DNA of 64,000 nucleotides from an uncultured Rickettsiales bacterium (GCA_964654855.1 CAZZJS010000008.1:4220-68219), one strand, 5' to 3'. Counted from the stretch's first letter, positions 46,644 through 57,107 are shown. Numbers and translations: made by a program. The notes: a model not told the origin generated them from the letters alone.

Positions 46644-47960
46644 ATGGGAAAAGCAACAGATGATATGAAATTTGCAACCAAAGCCATTCATGGCGGGAAC
46701 GATACTGATACTGCCTTTGGCTCGCCGCAAACGCCTATTTATCAAAGCGTTTCGTTTGAATTTCCGGATGCGCAATCTGCGTCAGATCGCTTTAATTTGC
46801 GCGAGTTTGGTCAGGTTTACAGCCGTCTTACCAACCCAACGACCGATGCGCTAGAAGCTCGCCTTGCCGCGCTTGATGGTGGTGTAGGGGCGATTGCTGC
46901 GGCTTCTGGTCATGCGGCACAGATGCTGGCTTTCTTGCCAATGGTTATGCCCGGCGATCACATTGTGGGCTCTAAGCGCCTTTATGGTGGCTCAACCAGC
47001 CAGTTGACCAATACGTTCCCAACCCATTTTAACTGGCAATCAACTCTCGTAAATCCGGATGATGTTGATAATTTTGAAGCGGCTATTCAAGAAAATACCC
47101 GCGCTATCTTTATTGAAGCATTGGCGAATCCGGGCGGCGTGGTGGTCGATATTGAGAAAGTGGCTCGCGTAGCTGAGCGCCACCATATTCCGTTGATTGT
47201 CGATAATACTTTGGCAACGCCATATCTGCTTCGTCCGCTTGAGTGGGGTGCGAATGTAGTGACTTATTCTACGACTAAATACCTAACTGGTAATGGCTCT
47301 GCTTTAGGTGGAGCGATGGTTGATGGCGGTAACTTCGATTGGGGCAAAGATGACCGTTTCCCAGCTTTGACTGAAGGTTGTGGTGCTTATCACGGTATGA
47401 AGTTCCACGAAACCTTTGGCGAAATGGCTCTGTTTGTTCATGCAAAGGGTGTGGGTTTGCGCGATATTGGCGCTTCTCAACAGCCAATGAATGCATGGCT
47501 TACTTTAAATGGTTTGGAGACGCTGCCGTTACGTATGGATCGCCATTGCGAAAATGCACAGAAAGTGGCTGAGTGGCTATCTTCGCATGATCAAGTGGAT
47601 GCTGTGACCTATGCAGGTCTGCCCGATAGCCCGTATCATGCGCTTGCGAAAAAATACACGCCGAAAGGCCCTTCATCGCTCTTTACGTTCGATATTAAAG
47701 GTGGCATGGCTGAGTCGGCTGAATTTATTGAAGGCTTGAAGCTCTTCACCTTTGTAGCAAATTTAGGAGATTCTCGCAGTCTTCTCATTCACCCTGCCAG
47801 CACAACTCATAGCCAACTTTCGCCAGAGCACCGTGTGGTAGCAGGTATCACGGATGGTACGATGCGTATCTCTGTTGGTCTAGAGGATGCGGATGATATT
47901 ATCGCTGATCTCCAACGCGGTTTTGATGCAATTGGCAGTGGTTTACGCAAAGCTGGATGA
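46644..47960 (+). CDS. metY: O-acetylhomoserine sulfhydrylase (PLP-dependent)
   Basis: 438 aa. PLP-lysine segment YSTTKYLTGNG. YSRLTNPT. C-terminus RISVGLEDADDII. Confidence 0.9.
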   Translation: MGKATDDMKFATKAIHGGNDTDTAFGSPQTPIYQSVSFEFPDAQSASDRFNLREFGQVYSRLTNPTTDALEARLAALDGGVGAIAAASGHAAQMLAFLPMVMPGDHIVGSKRLYGGSTSQLTNTFPTHFNWQSTLVNPDDVDNFEAAIQENTRAIFIEALANPGGVVVDIEKVARVAERHHIPLIVDNTLATPYLLRPLEWGANVVTYSTTKYLTGNGSALGGAMVDGGNFDWGKDDRFPALTEGCGAYHGMKFHETFGEMALFVHAKGVGLRDIGASQQPMNAWLTLNGLETLPLRMDRHCENAQKVAEWLSSHDQVDAVTYAGLPDSPYHALAKKYTPKGPSSLFTFDIKGGMAESAEFIEGLKLFTFVANLGDSRSLLIHPASTTHSQLSPEHRVVAGITDGTMRISVGLEDADDIIADLQRGFDAIGSGLRKAG

Positions 47961-49093
47961 GCTTAGAATCCTTCAGCGTTGCTAGAACTTATTTCCCGCA
48001 TGTGAATTTATTGCGGGCATTTGCTGCACTTTCCGTGTTGGTTTATCATGTGATTGAGCATTATGCGTGGCATGGTTTCCCACTTGGATATGGGTTGATT
48101 TGGTTTCGTATCGGCTGGATGTCGGTAGATTTATTCTTTGTGATTAGTGGCTTTGTGATCGCTTGGTCGCTTATCCAACTACATGCCCGACATACGCAGT
48201 TTAAGCCTTTAGCGCGCGAATTTTTATGGCGGCGCTTTGGCCGCATTGTGCCGCTCTATATCGTCACGATGCTGGTCTTTGCTGCCGCAGTGCAACCTAG
48301 CTTATTTCATCTCTCTGCATGGGGGCATTGGTTGGCGCATTTAACTTTTCTGCATCCGCTTCATCCGGCAACTTTTGGTTCGATTAATGGCATTAATTGG
48401 TCGGTCGGCATTGAGGTGCATTTTTATCTTTTTGCACTAATAACGTCACCTTTGTGGGTCAAGAGAAAGGCTCTGAGTCTATTTATTATAGGTATTCTTG
48501 TGGCTTGGATGCTGCGCGGAGTTGCATGGGTAGGCGCTGAACAAATAGGCTGGGTCGGTGGGCAACTATTCGGTCTTATGGTGCAAATGCCACTTATGTT
48601 AGATGAATTTGCTGCTGGTGCGGCGATAGCTCTGCTTGTGCATCATTACCCGCTGGAGAAATGGCCAGGAACCATGCGTCAGCAAGGAGTCGTGTTGGGC
48701 GGTGTTTTACTCATTGTTATGATTGCGGCCTTTAAGACTTATTGGCTGGATGCAGATTATTGGCATAATCCTAAGATGGTGATTTTCTGGCGCAGTTTAA
48801 TGGCAGCTGCATTTGCGCTGCTAGTCGTTTTCTTCGTTTGGTTGCCACCGTTAAAGAAGCCAAACTTCCTTTATCGAACCCTCTATTATCTGGGCGATAT
48901 TTCTTATGGCATTTACCTTTGGCATCTAGCAGTGATATTGCTGCTAAAACCGTATTTTGCCGACAGCCCTGCTCAGTCGCTTTTGATCATTATACCTTGC
49001 GTTCTTGCCCTCTCAGCCCTTAGCTGGCACTTTCTTGAAAAGCCGATGATTAAGTGGAGTAAGGCAAAAAGCCTTACTTCTCGTAATGTTTAG
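47957..49093 (+). CDS. acyltransferase family 3 membrane protein
   Basis: About 10 TM. LLRAFAALSVLVYHV and VDLFFVISGFVI motifs. ATGA overlap with metY. Confidence 0.8.
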   Translation: MSLESFSVARTYFPHVNLLRAFAALSVLVYHVIEHYAWHGFPLGYGLIWFRIGWMSVDLFFVISGFVIAWSLIQLHARHTQFKPLAREFLWRRFGRIVPLYIVTMLVFAAAVQPSLFHLSAWGHWLAHLTFLHPLHPATFGSINGINWSVGIEVHFYLFALITSPLWVKRKALSLFIIGILVAWMLRGVAWVGAEQIGWVGGQLFGLMVQMPLMLDEFAAGAAIALLVHHYPLEKWPGTMRQQGVVLGGVLLIVMIAAFKTYWLDADYWHNPKMVIFWRSLMAAAFALLVVFFVWLPPLKKPNFLYRTLYYLGDISYGIYLWHLAVILLLKPYFADSPAQSLLIIIPCVLALSALSWHFLEKPMIKWSKAKSLTSRNV

Positions 49094-50603
49094 CGACCAT
49101 ATCGTTAAGTAAGCGAACGCCGAAGCCAGTCGCACCTTTCGGGCAAATATCGAAATTCTTGCTCGCTGTAGCCACGCCAGCAATATCCAAATGTGCCCAC
49201 GGAACATCATTTACAAAACGCTGTAAGAACTGAGCGGCGGTGATGGAGCCGCCCCAACGACCGGAGCTGATATTTTGCATATCAGCGACGGGAGAGTTGA
49301 TCAGCTCGTCATATTCAGGGCCCATTGGCATACGCCATAGTCGTTCATCTGTTGCTTTAGATGAATCTAACAAGCGCTGTGAAAGCTTATCATCGTTTGA
49401 GAAGAGTCCACCAGTAGTCTCACCCAATGAAACGAGAATCGCACCGGTAAGGGTGGCGAGATTGACCATAAATTTCGGTTTATATTTATCTTGGCAATAC
49501 CAGAGGCAATCGGCCAGCACGAGGCGGCCTTCTGCATCGGTATTGAGGATCTCGATGGTTTGGCCAGAAAGTGACGTCACCACGTCTCCTGGACGGCTTG
49601 CATTACCGTCAGGCATATTTTCTACAAGGCCAACAATACCGATCACATTTGCTTTGGCTTTACGCTTAGCCAGCGCCATCATCAGGCCGACTACGGTACC
49701 AGAGCCACCCATATCCATTTTCATTTCTTCCATGCCGCCAGAAGGCTTGATACTGATACCCCCTGTATCGAAGGTCACGCCTTTACCAATAAAGGCGATA
49801 GGCTGGTCTTTCTTTTTGCCACCCTCCCATTTCATGATGACCATTTTAGATTCTTTGACGGAACCTTGGCCGACGCTTAATAGAGAGCCACAGCCTAACT
49901 TAGCCATTTCTTTTTCGCCAAGAATTTCGATCTTCACGCCGAGAGGGGCGAGGGTTTTATCAATGAGTTTGGCGTAGCTTTCAGGCTCAATCACATTGCC
50001 CGGTTCATTCACTAAGTCACGCGTGAAGAAAGTGCCATCCAGCACCTTATCTTGAATGCCATAGGCTTTTTCTGCCTCGCGTGAATCATTTGTGGCGATG
50101 GTCACACTGGTAAGGCTTGGCTTATCCGCAGCTTTTAGCTTGGTCTTATATTTATCAAATCGGTAAGATTTGAGCTTAAAGCCGATCGCAACATGCGTTG
50201 CGATTTCTGCATCAGAGAGCTTACAGCCTTTAATTTCTGGGTTTAAAGCGCTCGCTTGCTTAACGCCAAGACGATTAAGTTCGCCTACAAGCTTCCCGCC
50301 AATTTGCTCTAGGCACGCTGCGCCGAGGTCTTTGCCTTTGCCTGTGCCGATCAAAATCAGTTGCTCATATTGCAAACCTTCGGGTGCGAGAATAGTAAGA
50401 AGTTGCTTCTTTTTCGCTTCAAAGCGGCTGCTCGCAATAGATTTCTTGATTTTTCCATAGGCATCGCGATCAATATCACTAAGCCATTTGGGTAGCGTGC
50501 GGCCTTCAGGAACCAGTAAAATAAGGGCCCCACGAGCCGTTTTAGCTGCAGGTTTGAAACGTGAATTTTGAGCAAAAGAAATTTTCATAAGCGAAAGCCT
50601 CAT
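49074..50603 (-). CDS. pepA: leucyl aminopeptidase (M17)
   Basis: NTDAEGRLVLAD signature, VGKGVTFDTGG-like GKGVTFDTGGISIKP. Start is ATG 50603 or ATG 50588. Confidence 0.9.
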   Translation of the reverse strand: MRLSLMKISFAQNSRFKPAAKTARGALILLVPEGRTLPKWLSDIDRDAYGKIKKSIASSRFEAKKKQLLTILAPEGLQYEQLILIGTGKGKDLGAACLEQIGGKLVGELNRLGVKQASALNPEIKGCKLSDAEIATHVAIGFKLKSYRFDKYKTKLKAADKPSLTSVTIATNDSREAEKAYGIQDKVLDGTFFTRDLVNEPGNVIEPESYAKLIDKTLAPLGVKIEILGEKEMAKLGCGSLLSVGQGSVKESKMVIMKWEGGKKKDQPIAFIGKGVTFDTGGISIKPSGGMEEMKMDMGGSGTVVGLMMALAKRKAKANVIGIVGLVENMPDGNASRPGDVVTSLSGQTIEILNTDAEGRLVLADCLWYCQDKYKPKFMVNLATLTGAILVSLGETTGGLFSNDDKLSQRLLDSSKATDERLWRMPMGPEYDELINSPVADMQNISSGRWGGSITAAQFLQRFVNDVPWAHLDIAGVATASKNFDICPKGATGFGVRLLNDMVAKHYEK

Positions 50604-50677
50604 CCGTTAATAGTTTAAAGATGATATTACCCTAACGCTCGTATAAGCGAAGGCAAGCAAATTAGGAGAGAAACCCT

Positions 50678-51736
50678 TTAAGAGGCAGCGGCGACTTCTT
50701 TTTCCTGCTTGAATGCTGCAGGGCTAACCTTCTTTGCCGTCTTTTTGGCTGGTTTAGCCGCCTTAGAAGCTGTTTTTTTCTTAGCGGCTTTCTTAACGGT
50801 TACAGGTTTTTTCGTCGAGTTTTTCTTTTCTGGCTGAGTGCGCAGCTCATTCACACGCTCATCAACTTTATCAATTTTGAGCGTTTTGAGTAGATCGCGA
50901 ACTTCCTGACGCGCGGTAATGTGCGACATAGAAACATTCACATTATTGCTCACGTCCATAATGTCGAGCACTGTAAGGCCTTGTAGGAAAAGCTCACGGT
51001 AAATAACACGCTCGCTAAAGCCCGGTGCAACGCGGAAACCAATACGGCGCGATAGCTCCGTAAGCACTTGGTTCATATAGCGTTTATTGCGAGCATCAAT
51101 TGTCGTGAGACGGTTACGCATGACGATCCACTCGATGCTACCACCATCGCGTTTCGCACGGCTAAGCTTTTGTTCCCACACCATTTCTGAATAAATAGAA
51201 GGGCGAATCACACGCATGGTAGCGCCATCGACCGTCGCCAGAACGTCAAGATCGACGAAACTATCGTTGATCGGTGTAATCACTGTATCAGCGTAAGAGT
51301 GAGCAAGGCGCGATAAGTACGTATCGTTACCTGGGCTATCAATAACCACAAAGTCATTTTCTTCCATCAAGCGTTCGATACCGCCTGTGAAGCGTTCATT
51401 TTCGTCTGATTGTGCATCATCTACGATGTTAAACGGGCTCTTCTGAATGACGAGATGGCTAGATTCCGGCAAGCTCACATCCTGTTTGCGGATAGTGTGC
51501 TTACGATTTTCCATATAGCGAGAGAGAGTGCGCTGGCGCGAATCAATATCAATCGTACCGACTTTAAAGCCAAGGCGAAGCAAGGCCACAATCAGGTGCA
51601 TGGTAGTGGTCGTTTTACCCGAACCGCCTTTTTCATTTCCCGTTACGATTACGTGTGCACGTTTTTTGTTCAATGCTGGGCCTGGCGCGGATTTGGTTTC
51701 CGTCGCTGCCGCTTTTTTAGAGCTAAATAGTTGCAT
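50678..51736 (-). CDS. mipZ: division-plane positioning ATPase MipZ with Lys/Ala-rich C-terminal tail
   Basis: VIVTGNEKGGSGKTTT, IDIDSRQRTLSRYMENR, INDSFVDLDVL, VMRNRL...ARNKR and RVIYRELF align along the full length with the Caulobacter MipZ pattern. Extra tail KKPVTVKKAAKKKTASKAAKPAKKTAKK. Confidence 0.88.
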   Translation of the reverse strand: MQLFSSKKAAATETKSAPGPALNKKRAHVIVTGNEKGGSGKTTTTMHLIVALLRLGFKVGTIDIDSRQRTLSRYMENRKHTIRKQDVSLPESSHLVIQKSPFNIVDDAQSDENERFTGGIERLMEENDFVVIDSPGNDTYLSRLAHSYADTVITPINDSFVDLDVLATVDGATMRVIRPSIYSEMVWEQKLSRAKRDGGSIEWIVMRNRLTTIDARNKRYMNQVLTELSRRIGFRVAPGFSERVIYRELFLQGLTVLDIMDVSNNVNVSMSHITARQEVRDLLKTLKIDKVDERVNELRTQPEKKNSTKKPVTVKKAAKKKTASKAAKPAKKTAKKVSPAAFKQEKEVAAAS

Positions 51737-51830
51737 GTTCCCTCGTCTCGTTTGTCTTTTATATTTTTATTATTAGACAGAGCCGAAAGTTACGCTATTT
51801 TGCGCGGCGAGTAAAGAGGTGGATAAAAAA

Positions 51831-52142
51831 ATGTCTGATGATGTTCCTAAGTTGTTGAAAGTGGTAGTCATATCGGGTGGTGTGATGCTTTTAGGTGGCT
51901 TTTTATGGGTTGGTGCGGTGGTTGCGCAACGCGCGAGCGAAAGTGCGGCTTCGATAGCAGATAAACCGGTAGAAAAGAGAATAGAACAAGTGACTGACTG
52001 TGCAGAAATTACGCTCCCGCGTTTTTCCGGTGCAAAGGTTGAGTTCAAGCAAGGCGAATGGCACGTGGCTACATCTCGTGAAATTCGCCGCTATAGTGAG
52101 TGTGGTGAGTTATTACAAAAAGCAACTCTTGCGCGAAAATAA
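51831..52142 (+). CDS. small membrane-anchored hypothetical protein
   Basis: ATG 51831 (track start is GTG 51819). One TM helix, VVVISGGVMLLGGFLWVGAVV. Confidence 0.4.
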   Translation: MSDDVPKLLKVVVISGGVMLLGGFLWVGAVVAQRASESAASIADKPVEKRIEQVTDCAEITLPRFSGAKVEFKQGEWHVATSREIRRYSECGELLQKATLARK

Positions 52143-52234
52143 TGACAGTTCATCGCATTTGAGACAAATGTGACAGGTTTTTTAACCAAACTGTAATCAT
52201 TTTTTTCACACACAAAAGGTTGGTTTGCCTTTGT

Positions 52235-52654
52235 CTAAATTTTGGATTTTAGGTTGAAGAGGGTAATGGCGGCGTTGGCAGCATCAGCACCTTTATTCTT
52301 TTCATTCACCTTGGCGCGGGCCCAAGCTTGGTCGCGATTCTCAACGGTGAGAATGCCATTACCTATAGGTACTTGGTGGAAAAGCCCTAAATCCATTAAT
52401 GCGCGGCTGCTTTCGCCGGCTACTACATCATAATGCGCCGTTTCGCCGCGAATCACGGTACCGAGCGCGATATAGCCTGCATAGTTGCCGCTTTCAATGC
52501 TATAGCGAATTGCTTGTGGAATCTCGAGCGCACCGGGCACTTCCACTTCATCATAATCATGGCCTGCTGTTTCTAAAGCGGCTTTCGCGCCTTTGAGTAA
52601 TTCATCTGCCAGGTCGCGGTAGAAATTCCCGCTTACAATCAAAAATTTAGTCAT
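52235..52654 (-). CDS. ribH: 6,7-dimethyl-8-ribityllumazine synthase
   Basis: 139 aa. EVEVPGALEIP, GTVIRGETAHYDVV, NKGADAANAA. Lumazine synthase pattern. Confidence 0.88.
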   Translation of the reverse strand: MTKFLIVSGNFYRDLADELLKGAKAALETAGHDYDEVEVPGALEIPQAIRYSIESGNYAGYIALGTVIRGETAHYDVVAGESSRALMDLGLFHQVPIGNGILTVENRDQAWARAKVNEKNKGADAANAAITLFNLKSKI

Positions 52655-52690
52655 GAGGAGGCTTTACGGCTTTCTCCGTATAATTCCAAG

Positions 52691-53044
52691 CTAAAAACGT
52701 CTTTTACGTTCGGCACGCCATTTCAGGCTTTGTTCATCTAGCGGTTCCAGCGGGCGGGCGCCAGTGACCATATCTTCAGCCAGATAGACGGCCTTGCGTA
52801 GCTGAGCTTCTGATAAGTGCATGATGGCGGGTTCTTTAAGCTTGTCATACCATACGCCTTTGCAGACATGATCTAGGATAATGCGCTGAAAAGCGGCAGT
52901 TTCGTCTACTTCCCAGCCCCGCTGAGAGGCTATCTCCGGTAAATCCTCATCGGTTGCCTGCCAGTAGCGTTTACGCAAGCTTTCCATGCGCATCTGCTTG
53001 TTCTCACGGCGTTTTGTCGCTTTCTCATTGTCAGTCAAACTCAT
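52691..53044 (-). CDS. hypothetical protein
   Basis: ATG 53044 (MSLTDNEK) is preferred, because longer starts (53059, TTG 53083) collide with the divergent scoB start. Basic termini. No family recognised. Confidence 0.45.
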   Translation of the reverse strand: MSLTDNEKATKRRENKQMRMESLRKRYWQATDEDLPEIASQRGWEVDETAAFQRIILDHVCKGVWYDKLKEPAIMHLSEAQLRKAVYLAEDMVTGARPLEPLDEQSLKWRAERKRRF

Positions 53045-53062
53045 AACGGTTAAACCCATAGC

Positions 53063-53710
53063 ATGGCTTGGACACGTGAACAAATGGCACAGCGCGCGGC
53101 CGAAGAATTGCGCGATGGATATTATGTGAATCTGGGGATTGGTATGCCCACACTAGTGGCGAACTATATTCCCGATGGAATGAGTGTGACACTACATTCA
53201 GAAAACGGCATGCTAGGCATGGGGCCTTTCCCTTATTCCGATCAGGTGGATGCCGATTTGATTAATGCCGGCAAGCAAACTATTTCGCAATTGCCTGAGT
53301 CTGTCTATTTTGATTCGGCAGAATCTTTCGCGATGATCCGCGGTGGGCATATTGATTTGACAATTCTAGGTGCACTAGAAGTAGCGCAGAACGGTGATCT
53401 TGCCAATTGGATGATTCCCGGCAAGATGGTCAAAGGCATGGGCGGCGCGATGGATTTAGTCGCTGGCGTGAAGAAGATCGTTGTGTTGATGGATCATAAT
53501 GCCAAAGATGGCTCGCCCAAATTGGTGAAAGAATGCGCTTTGCCGCTTACGGGCACGCAAGTGGTGAATATGATTATCACCGATATGGGTGTGTTTGACA
53601 TTGTGGACGGTAAATTGCGTCTGGTGGAATTAGCTGAAGGGGTGAGCGAAGCTGAAATTCGCGAATGTACCGAGGCAAATTACGTGACGGCTTTGTCTGA
53701 GGCTGCTTAA
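53063..53710 (+). CDS. scoB: 3-oxoacid CoA-transferase subunit B
   Basis: [17 protein letters not shown], active-site [16 protein letters not shown]. 215 aa. Confidence 0.88.
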   Translation: MAWTREQMAQRAAEELRDGYYVNLGIGMPTLVANYIPDGMSVTLHSENGMLGMGPFPYSDQVDADLINAGKQTISQLPESVYFDSAESFAMIRGGHIDLTILGALEVAQNGDLANWMIPGKMVKGMGGAMDLVAGVKKIVVLMDHNAKDGSPKLVKECALPLTGTQVVNMIITDMGVFDIVDGKLRLVELAEGVSEAEIRECTEANYVTALSEAA

Positions 53711-54510
53711 TAGTTGAGAATAAACCCTGCATCAAATGCAGAAAACCCTAATAACACACCGATGATTTGGAATAATATCCGGTGGTAGACATAATAATGC
53801 ATCGTATTGCGCGCGGTGAATCGAACAATGTAGTTCAGAATACCGCTTTGAGGTGCCCATCTACTTGGTTTGACTTCAAAATGGTAAAGTACCCATACGG
53901 TGTAAAACGTTCCGATGACCATAAAAGCATTTTGGAAGATATTAAATTCAAACCATAATAGCTGGTAACCCAAAAATAACAGGGTGGTTAGAATCGTAAA
54001 TGCAATTAAGTCTCGGCTATATAGTTTTCGGCGAATCATATCGCCCATAATAGCGAAGCAGACGCCCAACGTGCCATATTCAAAAAGCATAGTGCTGGGA
54101 AGTGAGAGCATTATACAGGCAATAAAAATATCAAAGGGGCGCTTATCAATAGTGCCACGATCTTTTAGCCAAAAAACGATATATCGGCAGATAACAATGC
54201 TTATGAGTACGTTTAAAGGGAATATGCCGCCGCCGGTTAGGTAATTAATGATTGCCAAACCAATGGCAAGCCAAATGATTTCACCGCCCAAAACGCGTGA
54301 TTGAGAATAGCCTGCAAGAAAGAACCACATCGGTACACAAATACGGCCAATAGCCCTTAGCCATTCAGCATTCTCATCCATGAGATAAGCACCAATATGG
54401 TCGATTGTCATAATGACCAAGGCAATAAATTTTAGCCAATCATAGCTATTTACAGCCGAACCGTAGCGCGAAGCGCGTTTATGCATGTCGGTGAGGTTAG
54501 AAAACTGCAT
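53707..54510 (-). CDS. TraX-family membrane protein
   Basis: [19 protein letters not shown]-terminal motif and an 8-9 TM profile typical of the TraX family. Confidence 0.7.
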   Translation of the reverse strand: MQFSNLTDMHKRASRYGSAVNSYDWLKFIALVIMTIDHIGAYLMDENAEWLRAIGRICVPMWFFLAGYSQSRVLGGEIIWLAIGLAIINYLTGGGIFPLNVLISIVICRYIVFWLKDRGTIDKRPFDIFIACIMLSLPSTMLFEYGTLGVCFAIMGDMIRRKLYSRDLIAFTILTTLLFLGYQLLWFEFNIFQNAFMVIGTFYTVWVLYHFEVKPSRWAPQSGILNYIVRFTARNTMHYYVYHRILFQIIGVLLGFSAFDAGFILNY

Positions 54511-54516
54511 TAGAAT

Positions 54517-54990
54517 TTATCCTTCAATTACAAACATGCCATCGACCTCTACGGCCACGCCAAAAGGTAGCTGTGCGGTATTGACGGCAAAACGGGCATG
54601 TCTGCCTGCCTCTTCGCCGAAAATCTCTTTGAATAGAGTCGAAACGCCATTTGCGACGGCAGGAGCATCGGTAAAATCTTCCGTAGAATTGACAAAAACT
54701 CCTAAACGCAGCGTTTTCTTCACTTTATTGAGATCTCCACCACAAGCATTTTTTAGATGATAGAGTAAACTTAATCCGCAAAGCCGAGCACATTCTTGCC
54801 CTTCTTCAACTGAGAAGTCTTTGCCCAGCTTGCCAATATGGCTTAATTCGCCATTTTGCATTGGTAGTTGGCCAGAAATGGTCACGATACCATTATGCTC
54901 AGTATATGGCACATAAGCCGCACCCGGTGCTATTTTTGCCTCAGGCAGGGTGATTCCTAATGATTCAATTTTAGCTGTTATGCTGGACAT
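54517..54990 (-). CDS. RidA/YjgF-family protein
   Basis: 157 aa. VTISGQLP...LRLGVFVNS...ARFAVNTAQLPFGVAVEVDGMF pattern. Confidence 0.82.
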   Translation of the reverse strand: MSSITAKIESLGITLPEAKIAPGAAYVPYTEHNGIVTISGQLPMQNGELSHIGKLGKDFSVEEGQECARLCGLSLLYHLKNACGGDLNKVKKTLRLGVFVNSTEDFTDAPAVANGVSTLFKEIFGEEAGRHARFAVNTAQLPFGVAVEVDGMFVIEG

Positions 54991-55179
54991 GGTACGCTCC
55001 TAATTGGTTTAGATTAATAGTTTATTAGGTTTTTAACATTAGGTTGAGAGTAGATAAACGGTAAAATGACAATTCTAAGACAAACTCAAACTATCTAGGT
55101 TTTTGTCATGAGACTGTCACATTGCTGTGCTAGAGCTTAAATGTTAAAGCAATTATTTTAAGGATGCGAGGAGTATAAA

Positions 55180-55587
55180 ATGAACGCAAATACATATACA
55201 AACGAAACAATAGAAATGCTATGGCGCGGTACGCTAGCCATTGCAGCGGTAGCTATTTTTGCCATGCTACCATTAGAAGTATTGGCAACAACAGATAGAG
55301 GTGCTGGTACAGCACTGGATAATGTTCTCTGTAACATTGTCAGTTTCTTCACCGGTGCAGTAGGTAAAGGTATCGCGACGATTGCCTTGATTATCATTGG
55401 TATTGGTGCACTTATGGGTAAAATCTCATGGGGTATGGCCCTTATCGTAGCGCTAGGTATTGCGCTCGTATTCGGTGCAACCACATTGGTAGATGCGCTT
55501 GGTGCAAGTGAAGGTGGCACGACCAGTAGTGGTTTAGGTGCTTCAGATTGTACTACTGGTGGTTACGGTATCGAGGGTGTTACTTGA
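55180..55587 (+). CDS. TrbC/VirB2-family type IV secretion pilin-like protein (orphan)
   Basis: Signal or leader region followed by two hydrophobic helices: LCNIVSFFTGAVGKGIATIALIIIGIGALMGKISWGMALIVALGIALVFGATTLV. Confidence 0.7.
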   Translation: MNANTYTNETIEMLWRGTLAIAAVAIFAMLPLEVLATTDRGAGTALDNVLCNIVSFFTGAVGKGIATIALIIIGIGALMGKISWGMALIVALGIALVFGATTLVDALGASEGGTTSSGLGASDCTTGGYGIEGVT

Positions 55588-55612
55588 TTTAACCTTGATA
55601 ACCAAACAGGAA

Positions 55613-55640
55613 AGCCCTGCCTCACGGCGGGGCTTTTTTG
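55613..55640 (+). terminator. rho-independent terminator after the virB2-like gene
   Basis: AGCCCTGCC-tcac-GGCGGGGCT followed by TTTTTT. Confidence 0.7.
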
Positions 55641-55748
55641 TTGCCGTATTTTTGCTCAAAGATTGTCACAAAAGCTTAACACTTCATTTATCCACAAGTG
55701 GTATAATTTATGAATAGAAAAATATTGATGAAATTAAGAAGGTAGATC

Positions 55749-57104
55749 ATGGTAGGATTTGATGATTTTAAACAAGGACTAAGAGGTGCAATAACAACCT
55801 ATGGATTGACCGCAGCCATGACTTTTGGCGGTGCAGCGGGAGCTTTATCAAATACAACGGCACCTGCTGATCTTAACAATGTAGATGCGAAGCATATCTT
55901 AATTAATCAAGGCGATCCAATTAAAGGTCTGCAAAAAGGGTCACTAGAATATCTTTATGCTGAGGCGATGATTTTGCATGAAGCAGGAAAAGAAGATTTA
56001 TTGGAATATATCTTTAATGAAATTAGGGAAAAAGAAAAAGCAGAGAGCATCACAGAAGCCGAAAGGGAAGGTGCCAAGAAAAAAGCAAGCGAATCTGTGG
56101 ATTGGGATAATCTAAAATATGCAGATATTGAAGACGTTGTAGAAGACGTTAAAGAGCGTTCTGAAACAAAAGTTATTTCGGCTGCTGATATCGCGGCGGT
56201 TAATGAAGCACAGCAAGATGCTGCCCCTGTAGCTCCAGAAAAAACATATAATGATCAAGCTTACGGTGAGGCTGAAGAGCCTGCTTCTACTATGACTTAT
56301 CAAGCAGAGCCCCATAAAGATGATGTGGTTGTGAAGGAAGGAAAAACTTACGATTTATCAAAATATAAGAAACAAACGACCTTTTACATCCCTGCGGGTG
56401 TGAGTGCAAAATTTGAGAATGCATTTTTTGATGCACATACTTTTAAAACTGGAACGCAAAGGTTAGGCTTTGTCGAAGGTGGTAGGGACGGTGACTTTGC
56501 CTATGTTGTTCGTGATGATCAAGGTCGAAGCAAAGGAGTGATAAGCTTTAATAATGCAAAAATGAGCAAAGCATTTTCTGATATTTCTCGTCAAAAAAGG
56601 AGAGATTCAAATATAAGTGATGAATTGGAAAATCTAGGTGAACAAGCGGGCAAGGTGATAACACGTCAGCAGACAATAGATGCTGCAGCGGACAAAGTGG
56701 TACCCTCTTTCTTAGGACAAGTTCTCAGTTGGGCTGGCAAAAACAAACGTGAGTTCGAAAATGAATTTGAAAGAGCGGATCCTGCTAAAGCTGAAAGCGC
56801 CCGTCTTGCTTTCCGTACACAGAATGGAGATATTCCAGAAATCTTACCTGATAAAGAAGCAAAAAAACCAATAATTGGGAATTCTCAAGGCTCAATCGAT
56901 GTGGAAAAGATCTTAAATAAAGGTGATGATACCTATCGTGGTTTGGTTGATGGCAGTTATGAAGCGCAATATACTGCAGTGAATGTTGCCCAGATTCAGC
57001 AGAAAGAGCCAGAAAAAGGTAAGTGGCAAAAGTTACATGAAGCTAAGGAAGCCAAGAAAGCTGAAAGCCAAAAGTCATCGGATTATTTCCGAGGAATGTC
57101 CTAA
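55749..57104 (+). CDS. hypothetical protein (451 aa)
   Basis: Long ORF with a charged, low-complexity middle. No recognisable motif. Confidence 0.5.
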   Translation: MVGFDDFKQGLRGAITTYGLTAAMTFGGAAGALSNTTAPADLNNVDAKHILINQGDPIKGLQKGSLEYLYAEAMILHEAGKEDLLEYIFNEIREKEKAESITEAEREGAKKKASESVDWDNLKYADIEDVVEDVKERSETKVISAADIAAVNEAQQDAAPVAPEKTYNDQAYGEAEEPASTMTYQAEPHKDDVVVKEGKTYDLSKYKKQTTFYIPAGVSAKFENAFFDAHTFKTGTQRLGFVEGGRDGDFAYVVRDDQGRSKGVISFNNAKMSKAFSDISRQKRRDSNISDELENLGEQAGKVITRQQTIDAAADKVVPSFLGQVLSWAGKNKREFENEFERADPAKAESARLAFRTQNGDIPEILPDKEAKKPIIGNSQGSIDVEKILNKGDDTYRGLVDGSYEAQYTAVNVAQIQQKEPEKGKWQKLHEAKEAKKAESQKSSDYFRGMS

Positions 57105-57107
57105 AAA

